Shown here one piece after another: positions 35,544 through 48,258 of a stretch of DNA of 64,000 nucleotides. The stretch's first letter is position 1. The number at the start of each line of letters is the position of its first letter. Both the position numbers and the translations under genes were made by a program. The DNA is taken from the NCBI RefSeq assembly GCF_032444005.1, contig NC_091286.1, positions 37,634,001 to 37,698,000 on the forward strand, read 5' to 3'. The notes beneath the pieces are model-generated. The model did not search any database. It was not told the origin of the DNA and saw only the letters and a program-made list of their open reading frames with translations. The DNA comes from Ranitomeya imitator. Its lineage: Eukaryota.

Positions 35544-37416
35544 ACTGTCAGCATTCTCCTCAGCGTGGCTTGACATTACGAACAGTAAATGGGTCAGAGG
35601 CATTATTACTAATGGTCTAAGGCTGGACTTCAATCACTGGCCTCGAGAAAATTTTAAATTAACCCCTTTACGTTCCTCCCCCCTTGAGCAAGCAGCTCTA
35701 GAAGCAGAGGTTATGTACTTATGTTCCAAGAACGTGCTGATTGAAATCCCAGAATCAGAAAGAGGAAGGGGATTTTATTCTCCTCTTTTTCTGATTAAGA
35801 AACCAGACGGATCTTTTAGAACAATCATTAATCTCAAATGCCTTAATGAGTTCCTGGTCAATGAATCATTTAAAATGGAAACAATCAATTCAGCAATAAA
35901 AATGTTGTTTAATCACTGTTTCATGGTAGTTGTAGATCTTAAAGACGCATACTATCATGTTCCGATACATGAAGATTTCCAGAGGTTCCTGAGAGTAGCT
36001 GTGTCAATAGGGGGTCGGATTCGCCATTTCCAGTTCAGAGCTCTCCCCTTTGGCTTATCAGCGGCTCCTAGAGTGTTTACAAAACTAGTGGCCGAGGTCA
36101 TGGCGCACTTACGAGAGTCCGACATCCTGATCATTCCCTACTTGGATGATTTCCTTATAGTAGGGAGCTCAGCAGACCATTGCCTGTCTCAACTAGAAAC
36201 AGCCACATCCAAACTTGAGCGTCTGGGGTGGATCATAAATTATGAGAAATCTCGTTTACAGCCCCAAAAAATACAAAGATTCTTAGGACTGTTGTTAAAC
36301 TCAGAATCCCAACAGTGTTGTCTTCCACCCGACAAATTATTACATATCCAGCAACAGGTGTCTAAGGCAATTGATAAACCATCCATGACCCTTAGACAGG
36401 CTATGTCACTATTGGGTTCTTTAACCTCTTGCATTCCCGCTGTCCGTTGGGCCCAATTCCACACCAGACCGTTACAATCCGAGGTGCTGGTTAATGATAG
36501 AATTCTACATGGGTCCCTGCAGAGTCAGATTACTTTAGGTCCAAAAGCGCTTACATCTCTTAGGTGGTGGCTAGACAATGAAAACTTATCGGCGGGAGTT
36601 CCCTGGGTGTCACAGGTAACACGTATTGTAACAACAGATGCTAGCCCTTCGGGTTGGGGAGCACACATGGATGACATAATGGTTCAGGGTCTATGGCCCC
36701 CTCCCCTAACATCAGCCTCCTCAAACCAGAAAGAGTTAATGGCAGTAGAACTTTCAGTGAAAAAATTCCTCATATATCTGCAGGGTCATCATGTCAAGAT
36801 CCTCTCGGACAACCAGGTGGCGGTCGCATACATAAATCATCAGGGTGGAACTCATTCCGAATCACTGATGAGAGTGGCGGATCGTCTGTTCCAGACAGCG
36901 GAAAATCATTTCTTATCCTTAACCGCTCTACACATAAGAGGAAAAGAAAATGTCAAAGCGGACTTTCTAAGCCGCGACACCTTGAGGCAAGGGGAGTGGT
37001 CCCTAAACAATCGCGTGTTCGATCAGATTGTCCACAAATGGGGACATCCAGAAGTAGATTTATTTGCCACCAGGGACAACCGGAAGACAATAAAATTCTG
37101 TTCCCTAAATCCCATGGAGAATCCTCTGGCGGTAGACGCCTTTCTGATCAATTGGGATTTTCAGCTGGCTTATGCATTTCCTCCACTAGGCCTGATACCC
37201 TTAGTAGTCAGGAAGATAAGAGAAGATCGAGCCAGAGTTATATTGATTGCCCCATTCTGGCCCAGAAGGGCCTGGTTCACTTGGCTCAGGATCATGTCAG
37301 TGGAGGATCCCTGGGTACTTCCGGAGATTCCAGATTTGCTCTACCAGGGTCCGATCAGTCATCCGCAAGTAAAGAATCTTCATTTAAAGGCATGGATTTT
37401 GAAAGGGCGTTACTAA
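35230..37416 (+). CDS. DIRS ORF2: reverse transcriptase, RNase H and adenine-methyltransferase-like domains; uninterrupted
   Basis: DLKDAYYHVPI, LPFGLSAAPRVF, YLDD; TTDASPSGWGA and SDNQVAVAYINHQGGT; DLFA...YAFPP; true start uncertain. Confidence 0.92.
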   Translation: MTFSPELNSAPFRVKDNISLVQRWMSCWKRQGMTKRSFPVCIQHPTADSSIEEGLVVGRNAGPLPLEKVSDGKTDAVEVQTTCFAVPQKIRKKRNQLLAIPVGGRLSAFSSAWLDITNSKWVRGIITNGLRLDFNHWPRENFKLTPLRSSPLEQAALEAEVMYLCSKNVLIEIPESERGRGFYSPLFLIKKPDGSFRTIINLKCLNEFLVNESFKMETINSAIKMLFNHCFMVVVDLKDAYYHVPIHEDFQRFLRVAVSIGGRIRHFQFRALPFGLSAAPRVFTKLVAEVMAHLRESDILIIPYLDDFLIVGSSADHCLSQLETATSKLERLGWIINYEKSRLQPQKIQRFLGLLLNSESQQCCLPPDKLLHIQQQVSKAIDKPSMTLRQAMSLLGSLTSCIPAVRWAQFHTRPLQSEVLVNDRILHGSLQSQITLGPKALTSLRWWLDNENLSAGVPWVSQVTRIVTTDASPSGWGAHMDDIMVQGLWPPPLTSASSNQKELMAVELSVKKFLIYLQGHHVKILSDNQVAVAYINHQGGTHSESLMRVADRLFQTAENHFLSLTALHIRGKENVKADFLSRDTLRQGEWSLNNRVFDQIVHKWGHPEVDLFATRDNRKTIKFCSLNPMENPLAVDAFLINWDFQLAYAFPPLGLIPLVVRKIREDRARVILIAPFWPRRAWFTWLRIMSVEDPWVLPEIPDLLYQGPISHPQVKNLHLKAWILKGRY

Positions 37417-38398
37417 AAAACAAAGGGTTCTCCCCGAGTTTAATTGAGACCCTTATGAAAAGTAGGAAGCAAATAACCACAACAATCTATGCTAGGACCT
37501 GGCGGAAGTTTCTGGCCTCTTCTGATTTCAATTTAGAAGAGGGAGTACCTATAAAACAAATCTTAGAATTCCTGCAAAAAGGCTTAGAGCTAGGTCTATC
37601 CACTAGTACTCTAAGAGTACAGGTCTCGGCCCTAGGGGCTCTATTTTCCTGTAACATCGCCAATAATTATTGGATCTCAAGGTTCATTAAAGCATCTAGT
37701 AGGTCTAGACCCATACATAAAGATAGATCTATGCCTTGGGATCTCAACCTAGTCCTGTCAGCATTGACTAGAGAGCCGTTTTGTCTTATCCCTTAAGACA
37801 GCATTTCTGGTAGCAATTACATCTGCCCGTAGAGTAGGAGACATACAAGCTCTCTCCAGGGTTTCCCCTTATACAGAGTTTCTGCCAGATAGAGTAATCC
37901 TCAGACCGGACCCGGCCTATTTACCAAAAGTATCATCACGGTTTCACAGGTCACAGGAGATAGTTTTACTATCCTTCCTTCCCAATCCTGCTAACCCTAA
38001 GGAAGAACTACTCCATACATTAGACGTTAGGAGATGCCTGCTAGAATACATCTGTTACTGACACATGGAAGAAAGATGATGCGTTATTTTTATCTTTCCA
38101 AAATCCTAGAAAGGGACTCAGGGTATCAAAGTACACGCTAGCAAAGTGGATTAGGGAGGCTATCTCTTTGGCTTATACTGCAGGTGGGGGTCCTGCTCCG
38201 CAGAATCTGAGGGCGCATTCCACCAGGGCCATGGCTACATCCTGGGCGGAAAAATCTGGAGTATCAATCGACCAGATATGTAAGGCGACCACATGGTCAT
38301 CCCCGTCCACCTTCTTTAAACACTATAGGTTGGATTTGGGGGCTTCCTCTGATCTCGCATTCGGGTTAAGGGTGCTACAGGCCATAGCCCCTCCCTAA
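36693..38398 (+). pseudogene. DIRS ORF3 tyrosine recombinase, broken near 37780 (deletion and frameshift) and near 38052 (frameshift)
   Basis: Pieces in three frames: ...PWDLNLVLSAL; LSLKTAFLVAITSARRVGDIQALS; RAHSTR...ATTW...FFKHYRLD (R, HxxR, W and Y catalytic residues); recognisable domain starts at about 37410. Confidence 0.88.
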
Positions 38399-40698
38399 GG
38401 TACCTTACATCTCTGTAATTGTCTCGTCGTGCTGTCATGAGAGTCCGAGTAAAGCATTAAGCTACTTACTGGTAGCGGCATTTCTCGGAGGCCCATGACA
38501 GCACCCTTAGTTCCCTCCCTATTCACGTGGGGGTTGCACTTCCTATAAATGTATATATCTCACATATGATACCCAGTTCCAAATATATGGCTGAAATGTT
38601 GTATATAATCTGTATATAGTGTATATTTTTGTGCCACTAACCGCGGTAGTCCTCTCAAGACTCTGAAATACAACTGAGGCAAGGGAGAGGTGCCGCCCTT
38701 TTTGTATCTGTAGGTTTCCTGTTCCTAATGGGCGGATCCCCTCTCTCGTCGTGCTGTCATGGGCCTCCAAGAAATGCCGCTACCAGTAAGTAGCTTAATG
38801 CTTTCTTGATAACTTTTTGGCAGTTTCTCTGATAATTGTTGTCACATTATTTGTTAATGTGCGTTGGGGTTTTTACATTTCTTTTAATAGATTATTAATA
38901 AAGATGTCATTTTATATATAGGGTTTTTCTGTTAACACATTTTGAACTTTATACCCTCGTATCTTACAATCTGTGACCTAGTAAACTTAGATTAGACACT
39001 TTTAAAATCTGCCAAACTATCATTGCATTTGATACATTTCTTTAATTGTAATTGTGTAGTCAAAGAAACCGTTCTGATAAATCTGTCCCATTGTCTGTAA
39101 GATTCCTATGACATATTAAAGAGAATCTGTCAGTAGGATCAACCCTCCTAAGCTGTCTATATGGACATGCAGGTCATAGGAAGTTGAATATAATGATACC
39201 TTGATATCCGCGATCCGATGTCTTATTCCAGAGAAATCTGTATTTTTCTTACCATGCAAATGAGCTATTAACCCCTTAATCCCATATGACGTACTATCCC
39301 GTCCAGGTGACCTGGGACTTAATTCCCATGGACGGGATAGTACGTCATATGCGATCGGCCGCGCTCACGGGGGGAGCGCGGCCGATCGCGGCCGGGTGTC
39401 AGCTGCCTATCGCAGCTGACATCCGGCACTATGTGCCAGGAGCGGTCACGGACCGCTCCCGGCACATTAACCCCCGGCACACCGCGATCAAAGATGATCG
39501 CGGTGTGCCGGCGGTGCAGGGAAGCATCGCGCAGGGAGAGGGCTCCCTGCGGGCTTCCCTGAGACGATCGGTACACGGTGATGTGCTCACCGTGTACCGA
39601 GCGTCTTCTCCCTGCAGTCCCCGGATCCAAAATGGCCGCTGGGCTGCATCCGGGTCCTGCAGGGAGCACTTCCGGGTCAGGATCAGGCTGCAGCTGCAGC
39701 TCTAATCCTGCCCGGCTGTATGTCAGATCACCGATCTGATAGAGTGCTGTGCACACTGTCAGATCGGTGATCTGTGATGTCCCCCCCTGGGACAAAGTGA
39801 AAAAGTAAAAAAAAAAATTTCCACACTTGTAAAAAAAAATAAAAAAAAAATTCCTAAATAAAGCAGAAAAAAAAAAATATTATTCCCATAAATACATTTC
39901 TTTACATAAAAAAAAAACAAAAAAAACAATAAAAGTACACATATTTAGTATCGCCGCGTCCGTAACGACCCGACCTATAAAACTGGCCCACTAGTTAACC
40001 CCTTCAGTGAACACCGTAAGAAAAAAAAAAAAAAAACGAGCCAAAAAACAACGCTTTATTATCATAACGCTGAACAAAAAGTGGAATAACACGCGATCAA
40101 AAAGACGGATATAAATAACCATGGTACCTCTGAAAACGTCATCTTGTCCCGCAAAAAACGACCCGCCATATAGCATCATAACCAAAAAAATAAAAAAGTT
40201 ATAGTCCTGAGAATAAAGCGATGCCAAAATAATTATTTTTTCTATAAAATAGCTTTTATCGTATAAAAGCGCCAAAACATAAAAAAAATGATATAAATGA
40301 GGTATCGCTGTAATCGTACTGACCCGAAGAATAAAACTGCTTCATCAATTTTACCAAACGCGGAACGGTATAAAAGCCTCCCCCAAAAGAAATTCATGAA
40401 TAGCTGGTTTTTGGTCATTCTGCCTCACAAAAAATCGGAATAAAAAGCGATCAAAAACTGTCACATGTCCGAAAATGTAACCGATAAAAACGTCAACTCG
40501 TCCCGCAAAAAACAAGACCTCACATGACTCTGTGGACCAAAATATGGAAAAATTATAGGTCTCAAAATGTGGAGACGCAAAAACTTTTTTGCTATAAAAA
40601 GCGTCTTTTAGTGTGTGACGGCTGCCAATCATAAAAATCCGATATAAAAAACTCGCTATAAAAGTAAATCAAACCCCCCTTCATCACCCCCTTAGTTA

Positions 40699-41054
40699 GG
40701 CTAGGTTCACATTGCGTTAATGGGTTAACGCTAACGGACAGCGTTGCACGGCGAAAATGTCACAATTAACGCCGTGCAACGGGTCCGTTAGCACAACCAT
40801 TGACAGCAATGTGATTTTCGGGTGTAGCGCATCGCTAGAGCGTGCCATTTTCGGCTCGCGCTAGCAAGGTGCCGTTCTTTTGTGGCGCGCCTCAGACGCT
40901 GCTTGCAGCGTCCGCGGCGCGCCCGAGGTCCGATCCCCGATCTTCCAGAGCGGGGACGTTAACGCGACCACTAAACACGACACCTAAAAAGACATTGCGT
41001 TAGCGCAATCCGCTAGTGCTAAACGGATTTCCCTAATGCAATGTGAACCTAGCC
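40699..41054. mobile_element. PIF/Harbinger-type MITE nested in the piggyBac-like element
   Basis: TTA TSD on both sides; TIR GGCTAGGTTCACATTGC / GCAATGTGAACCTAGCC. Confidence 0.85.
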
Positions 41055-41105
41055 TTAGGGAAAAATAATAAAATTAAAAAAAATGTATTTATTTCCATTT
41101 TCCCA

Positions 41106-41270
41106 TTAGGGTTAGGGTTAGGGCTAGGGTTAGGGCTAGGGTTAGGGTTTGTATTACATTTACGGTTGGGATTAGGGTTGGGATTAGAATTAGGGGTGTG
41201 TCAGGGTTAGGTGTGTGGTTAGGGTTACAGTTGGGATTAGGGTTAGGGGTGCGTTTGGATTAGGGTTTCA
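41106..41270 (+). repeat. Interstitial telomeric-like (TTAGGG/CTAGGG)n repeat, degenerating 3'
   Basis: Seven consecutive TTAGGG/CTAGGG units at 41106-41147, then diverged units. Confidence 0.85.
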
Positions 41271-41279
41271 GTTATAATT

Positions 41280-43500
41280 GGGGGGTTTCCACTGTTTAGG
41301 CACATCAGGGGCTCTCCAAACGCGACATGGCGTCCGATCTCAATTCCAGCCAATTCTGCATTGAAAAAGTAAAACAGTGCTCCTTCACTTCCGAGCTCTC
41401 CCGTGCGCCCAAACAGGGGTTTACCCCAACATATGGGGTATCATCGTACTCGAGACAAATTGGACAACAACTTTTTGGGTCCAAGTTCTCTTGTTATCCT
41501 TGGGAAAATAAAAATTTGGGGGGCTAAAAATCATTTTTGTGGGAAAAAAAAGGATTTTTTATTTTCACGGCTCTGCGTTGTAAACTGTAGTGAAACACTT
41601 GGGGGTTCAAAGTTTTCACAACACATCTAGATAAGTTCCATGGGAGGTCTAGTTTCAATATGGGGTCACTTGTGGGTGGTTTCTACTGTTTGGGTACATC
41701 AGGGGCTCTGCAAATGCAACGTGACGCCTGCAGACCAATCCATCTAAGTCTGCATTCCAAATGGCGCTCCTTCCCTTCCGAGCTCTGCCATGCGCCCAAA
41801 CAGTGGTTCCCCCCCACATATGGGGTATCAGCGTACTCAGGACAAATTGAACAACAACTTTTGGGGTCCAATTTATTCTGTTACCCTTGTAAAAATACAA
41901 AGCTGGGGGCTAAAAAATCATTTTTGTGAAAAAAAAAAATAATTTTTATTTTCACGGCTCTGCGTTATAAACTGTAGTGAAACACTTAGGGGTTCAAAGT
42001 TCTCACAACACATCTAGATAAGTTCCTTGGGAGGTCTAGTTTCTAATATGGGGTCACTTGTGGGGGGTTTGTACTGTTTGGGTACATCAGGGGCTCTGCA
42101 AATGCAACGTGACTCCTGCAGACCAATCCATCTAAGTCTGCATTCCAAATGGCGCTCCTTCCCTTCCGAGCTCTGCCATGTGCCCAAACAGTGGTTCCCC
42201 CCCACATATGGGGTATCAGCGTACTCAGGACAAATTGGACAACAACTTTTGGGGTCCAATTTATTATGTTACCCTTGTGAAAATACAAAACTGGGGGCTA
42301 AAAAATAATTTTTGCGAAAAAAAAAAAAAAATTATTTTAACGGCTCTGCGTTATAAACTGTAGTGAAACATTTGGGGGTTCAAAGCTCTCAAAACACATC
42401 TAGATAAGTTCCTTATGGGGTCTAGTTTCCAAAATGGTGTCACTTGTGGGGGGTTTTAATGTTTAGGCACATCAGGGGCTCTCCAAACCAACATGGCGTC
42501 CCAACTTAATTCCAGTCAATTTTGCATTGAAAAGTCAAATGGCGCTCCTTCCCTTCCGAGCTCTGCTATGCACCCAAAAAGTGGTTTACCCCCCACATAT
42601 GGGGTATCGTCGCACTCAGGACAAATTGCACAACAACTTTTGTGGTCTAATTTCTTCTCTTACCCTTGGGAAAATAAAAAATTGGGGGCGAAAAGATCAT
42701 TTTTGTGAAAAAATAAGATTTTTTATTTTTACGGCTCTGCATTATAAACTTCTGTGAAGCACTTGTTGGGTCAAAGTGCTCACCACACATCTAGATAAGT
42801 TCCTTAAGGGGTCTACTTTTCAAAATGGTGTCACTTGTGAGGGGTTCCAATGTTTAGGCACATCAGGGGCTCTCCAAACGCAACATGGCGTCCCATCTCA
42901 ATTCCAGTCAATTTTGCATTGAAAAGTCAAATGGCGCTCCTTCCCTTCCGAGCTCTGCCATACGCCCAAACAATGGTTTACACCCATATATGGGGTATCA
43001 GCGTACTCAGGACAAATTGGCCAACAATTTTTGAGGTCCAATTTCTTCTCTTACTCTTGGGAAAATAAAAAATTGGGGGCGAAAAGATCATTTTTGTGAA
43101 AAAATATGATTTTTTATTTTTACGGCTCTGCATTATAAACTTCTGTGAAGCAATTGGTGGGTCAAAGTGGTCACCACACATCTAGATAAGTTCCTTAGGG
43201 TGTCTACTTTCCAAAATGGTGTCACTTGTGGGGGGTTTCAATGTTTAGGCACATCAGTGGCTCTCCAAACGCAACATGGCGTCCCATCTCAATTCCTGTC
43301 AATTTTGCATTTAAAAGTCAAATGGCGCTCCTTCCCTTCCGAGCTCTGCCATGCGCCCAAACAGTGGTTTACTCCCACATATGGGCTATCAGCGTACTCA
43401 GTACAGATTGTACAACAATGTTTGGCATCCATTTTATCCTGTTACCCTTGGTAAAATAAAACAAATTGGAGCTGAAATAAATTTTGTGTGAAAAAAAGTT
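41280..43500. repeat. Internal tandem array of about 390-bp units, about 5.6 copies
   Basis: ACATCAG(G/T)GG marker at 41302, 41696, 42084, 42469, 42860 and 43251. Confidence 0.9.
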
Positions 43501-44507
43501 AAATATTCATTCTTATTTAAACATTCCAAAAATTCCTGTGAAACCCCTGAAGGGTTAATAAACTTCTTGAATGTGGTTTTGAGCACCTTGAGGGGTGCAG
43601 TTTTTAGAATGGTCTCACACTTGGGTATTTTCTATCATATAGACCCCTCAAAATGACATCAAATGAGATGTGGTCCCTAAAAAAAAATGGTGTTGTAAAA
43701 ATGAGAAATTGCTGGTCAACTTTTAACCCTTATAACTCCCTAACAAAAAAAAATTTTGGTTCCAAAATTGTGCTGATGTAAAGTAGACATGTGGGAAATG
43801 TTACTTATTAAGTATTTTGCGTGAGATATCTCTGTGATTTAAGGGCATAAAAATTTAAAGTTGGAAAATTGCGAAACTTTCTAAATTTTCGCCAAATTTC
43901 CGTTTTTTTCACAAATAAACGCAAGTTATATCGAATAAATGTTACTACTAAAATGAAGTACAATATGTCACGAGAAAACAATGTCAGAATCGCCAAGATC
44001 CGTTGAAGCGTTCCAGAGTTATAACCTCATAAAGGGACAGTGGTCAGAATTGTAAAAATTGGCCCGGTCATTAACGTGCAAACCACCCTCGGGGCTTAAG
44101 GGGTTAAGATCTATGGGCCGGACATAGATCTCCCTGAGAATCTGCCTCCAGAGCTTATTGTAAATTAAAGGAGACGTTACCAGTGTGAGACATGTAGATC
44201 AGGAGGGCAGACTGTCAGTCATTACATCTATAGCAGAATAAATGGAAACTTGAAGTTTTTTTCACCTTTATTGGACGCTGTCTCTTTTTCTCAGCGCCAC
44301 ACCCCACATTAAAGGGAGGGAGTCCGACATTGGCGTACATTTCCGCCCAATGTCGGATAGGTGTTAAAAACTATTGAAAAAAAAAAAAGACACAAGAAAA
44401 GGGGCGAAAATGCCATAATGAATCAGCTTTTGATGTCTAGGACAATCAATATGGCTTCATTGTACATAATGTGTGACGCCATAACTTGAGTAACTCCATG
44501 GGATATA

Positions 44508-45282
44508 CAGTAGCATGTAAAAGTGTGGGCATCCCTGGTCAAAATGACTGTCATTGTTCACTATCATCGTTAGGAAAGGCCAGGGGATGCAAATCTCCTT
44601 ATCAAATTTAGCATCAGAAGTATGCACAAGAACAAGCCTGATGCATAACACCATCTGTCAAAAAGGTGGAGTTGTAAAGAGGATGGCTTCTACACATGGA
44701 TAATGATCCTAAACACACTTCACAACACAAGGCGCAAGTTGAATGTTTTACAATGGCCCTCACAGTCCCGTGATCTGAGCATCATTGAAAATCTGTGCCT
44801 AGACCCCAAAATAGCAGAAGATGCAAGACGACCCAGGATATTCACAGAACTGGAAATATTTTCCAAGGAAGAATGAATGAAAATGCCTCAAAACGAGAAT
44901 TGAAAGACACTTGGCTGGCTAAAAAGCGTTTACAAGCTGTGATACTTACAAAAGGGGGTGCTACTAGGTAGTAACCATGCAGGGTGCCCAAAATTTTGCA
45001 TTGGCCGGTTTTTCTTTTCGGNNNNNNNNNNNNNNNNNNNNNNNNNNNNNNNNNNNNNNNNNNNNNNNNNNNNNNNNNNNNNNNNNNNNNNNNNNNNNNN
45101 NNNNNNNNNNNNNNNNNNNNNNNNNNNNNNNNNNNNNNNNNNNNNNNNNNNNNNNNNNNNNNNNNNNNNNNNNNNNNNNNTGTGTCATGTTCAACTTTAG
45201 GCCTTTTAGAGATCGTTTTATTTTATCTGTTCACAATAGCACTAATTTTGACCAGGGGTGCCAACACTTTTACACGCCACTG
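44508..45282 (+). mobile_element. Internally deleted, decayed Tc1 element (spans an N gap)
   Basis: TA-flanked CAGTAGCATGTAAAAG...CTTTTACACGCCACTG; remnants MDNDPKHTS and WPSQSRDLSIIENL. Confidence 0.8.
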
Positions 45283-45465
45283 TACTGTTTGATGCTTTTT
45301 CATTGCATTTGATTTATGAGTCCGTCCTTACTCCGCAGACATATTTTTATGTTTTTAGGTTTCCTATTGTCTGAAACCTGTTGGTGAATTAATTGTACAG
45401 CCATCTTTCTACATTAATCATATTGTTCTTATGTCATAATGACCGTCACATGTACTGAACCCAAC

Positions 45466-46610
45466 TTAACCCTTTTCCTGGTAATAATACGCCCACCCCG
45501 TAATCCCTCCCTTTGATTTGGGCTCCGGCGGTGATCCCACATCTTTACAGGCATATATCAGCTGTTTTGAACAGCTGACATGCCTCTAACAGCCGCGGGT
45601 GGAATCACGATACACCCACGGCTGTTAAATGCCACTGGCAATCTCTGACAGCGGCATTTAACTTGCGCTTACCGGAAACGCACTGGAAATCCCACACATA
45701 AGTGACCCCCGTTACATGATCGCGAGTCACGGATAGGTTGGCATGACAACCAGAGGTCTCCAGCAGACCTCTATGGTTGTCATAGCCGGATTGCTATGAG
45801 CGCCACCCAGTGGTCGGCGCTCATAGCAAGTGAGCATTTCTGCTACACAGAGACGATCTGATCGCCTGTGTGAAGCACAGGCAATCAAACAACTGCAGCT
45901 TCTAGTCTCCCACAGAGACTATTGAAGCATGCAAAAAGTAAAAAAAAAGTTTTTAAAAATATTAAAAAAAAAAAAAGTTCAAATCACCCTCTTTTTGCCC
46001 TATTCAAAATAAAACAAAAAAAATCAGACATACACATATTTAGTATCGCTGCGTTCAGAATTGCCCAATCTATCAATAAAAAAATAATAATCAGAATTAC
46101 TTTTTTTTTGTCGCCACTACATAGCAATAAAATGCAATAACGGGCAATCAAAAGATCGTATCTACACCAAAATCAATTAAAATATCAGCTCGGCGAGCAA
46201 AAAATGAGCCCTCACGCAGCCCCAAATCACGAAAAATGGAGACTCTACAGGTCTCGGAAAATGGCGCCATATTTTTATTTTATTTTTTTTAACCAAAGTT
46301 TGGAATTTTTTTTCACCACTTAGATAAAGAAACTAGACATGTTTGGTGTCTCTGACCTTGTAATGACCTGGAGAATCATAATGTTAGGTCAGTTTTAGCA
46401 TTTAGCGAACATGGTTTTTTTTTTTTCCTTTTTCCAGTACACGATATGTTAAAACCAATGGTGTCGTTCAAAAGTACAACTCGTTCTGCAAAAAACAAGC
46501 CCTCACATGGCCATTTTGACCAAAAAGTAAAAAAGTGATGGCTCCGGGAAGAAGGGGAGCAAAAAACGAAAACGCAAAAGCGAAAATATCTCCTGTCGTT
46601 AAGGCGTTAA
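45466..46610. mobile_element. Degenerate TTAA-flanked non-autonomous element; relatives at about 53589-54255 and 58193-59165
   Basis: TTAACCCTT...AAGGCGTTAA ends; internal segments similar to the 39272-44103 element; CCCTTCACGACC / GGTCGTGAAGGG TIR at 53.6-54.3 kb. Confidence 0.55.
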
Positions 46611-47667
46611 ACGAGTTGTCTAACAATTATTAATGCAAACTTCCTATGATGCCCAAGATGGGCCATTATTTGCTGATCATTTGGGATCCCAACCATGAAG
46701 AGAGCGTGGTTCCCGTGTTCCCCATTTTCCATTTCGTTCAGGACCTGTGAAATTAAAGAAGACCAGTACAGCTCTCTTCTCACTGTCAGTTGTTTAGGTA
46801 GGACTAACCCTTCCCATGATTGGTAGGGGTTCAAGCGGTGACAATGGGGCATATTAGGAGTCGGACCCCCACTGTTCTAATAGTAATGGCCATTAATACT
46901 AAAACACTTAAGCCATTAAGCACCCAGACATTTTTAATTTGTTTTTTTGTTTTTGTTTTTTCATTATAGCCATATAAAGATTTGTTTTCTTATGGGATGA
47001 GTTGTAGTTTTGATTGACACAATTCATTTTTTCCATTTAATGTACTGGGAAGTGGGGAGAGAAAAAAATTCCAAGTTGCGTGAAATAAACGCAATTCCAC
47101 CATTTTTTTTTTTTGGGGGGGGGGGTTGTTTTTACGCTGTTCGTTGTGTAGCAAAGACAACCTGTCGCGATAATTCTCCAAGTCAGTACAATTACTGTGA
47201 TACCAAACGTCTAAAATATTTTTTTCATTTACATAGTGAAAAACAATAAGGAATTTGTAAAAAAAAATAAAAAATAAAAAAAAATCGCCTGTCGCATTTT
47301 TCTGATTTTTTTTTTTTTTCTGAAACTCATCTTATTTTCTGTGTTTCAGTCCATGGAGTGGTATGAGGTCTGTGTTGTGTTTTTCTGTTTTTGTTATCTT
47401 CACTCTGAGCTGTGCAAAAATAAAAACACCCCTGCAAATCTGTCACATATACGATATATAATATTTTTTAGCATTATATGTATAGATTAAGTAATTTTAT
47501 ATTTTGATTGTACTTTTATAGACAAGACGATGCAAAATATGTTTTCATTTTTTTTAAATTTCTGTATTGGGGGGGAAAAGGGATTGTTTTTAGACTTTTT
47601 TTATATATTTTTTTTTTGTTTTTAAATACTTTTTTTTTTATAGTCCTATTGAATTTGCAATCGTTTG

Positions 47668-48020
47668 TGCTTGAGCGAAACGGATCGGACAAATTCAAAA
47701 GTCGCCGACTTTTGGCAAAGTCGGGTTTCATGAAACCCGACCCGATCCTAGTGTGGGATCGGCCATGTGGTCGGCGATCTTCGCGCCAAAGTCGCGTTTC
47801 GTATGACGCGTTTGGCGCCATTTTTTCAGGCAATGAAGGAGCATGGGCAGAGTGATGACATAGGTCTTAGGGGCGTGGATGCCTATCGCCATCTTGTTGC
47901 TTGTGTGGTGTAGCGATTTGCAATGTGTAACACCAGCTTTTCTGTTGAGAGAGAGAGAGAGAGATGCATTGGGTTTCTTGAAACCCGATTCGACCCTAAA
48001 AAAGTAAAAGTCGCTCAACT
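47668..48020. mobile_element. MITE-like element with TTGAGCGA / TCGCTCAA ends and internal inverted GGGTTTC / GAAACCC segments
   Basis: Inverted termini at about 47671 and 48011. Confidence 0.45.
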
Positions 48021-48258
48021 TTTACTTGATTCAAGCTTTAGGAGGCTAATTTGCATATTCCAGGTGCCTTCTGGGAGAAGCGAAGTCTCCCTAAGCTAGA
48101 AGATCGTTGGGTACAGCCGGGACCAGCTGCTTCGAAAGCATCACCAAACCGCGCGCCGTAAGAATTTTTGCCTGTAGGACATAATTGCAAGAGAGCTTGG
48201 CTGAGTAGATTACACAAGAAGGAAAACACACAGCAAGTCAGCAGGATCTAGGAGCAAC

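Larger units (their letters stand above)
33303..38804 (+). mobile_element. DIRS1-type tyrosine-recombinase retrotransposon, near full length
   Basis: Left ITR 33303-33407; right ITR 38671-38804 with 3' extension; internal complementary region 38422-38504 matching both outer ends; TTT at both termini; gag, RT-RH-MT and YR ORFs. Confidence 0.97.
39272..44103. mobile_element. 4.8-kb non-autonomous piggyBac-like element
   Basis: TTAA at 39268-71 and 44104-07; termini CCCCTTAATCCC / GGGCTTAAGGGG; no transposase ORF. Confidence 0.8.

Noticed and set aside
41106-41270. Chromosome end or fusion scar
   Set aside because: Short, single-orientation, degenerate tract inside a TTAA-bounded element.
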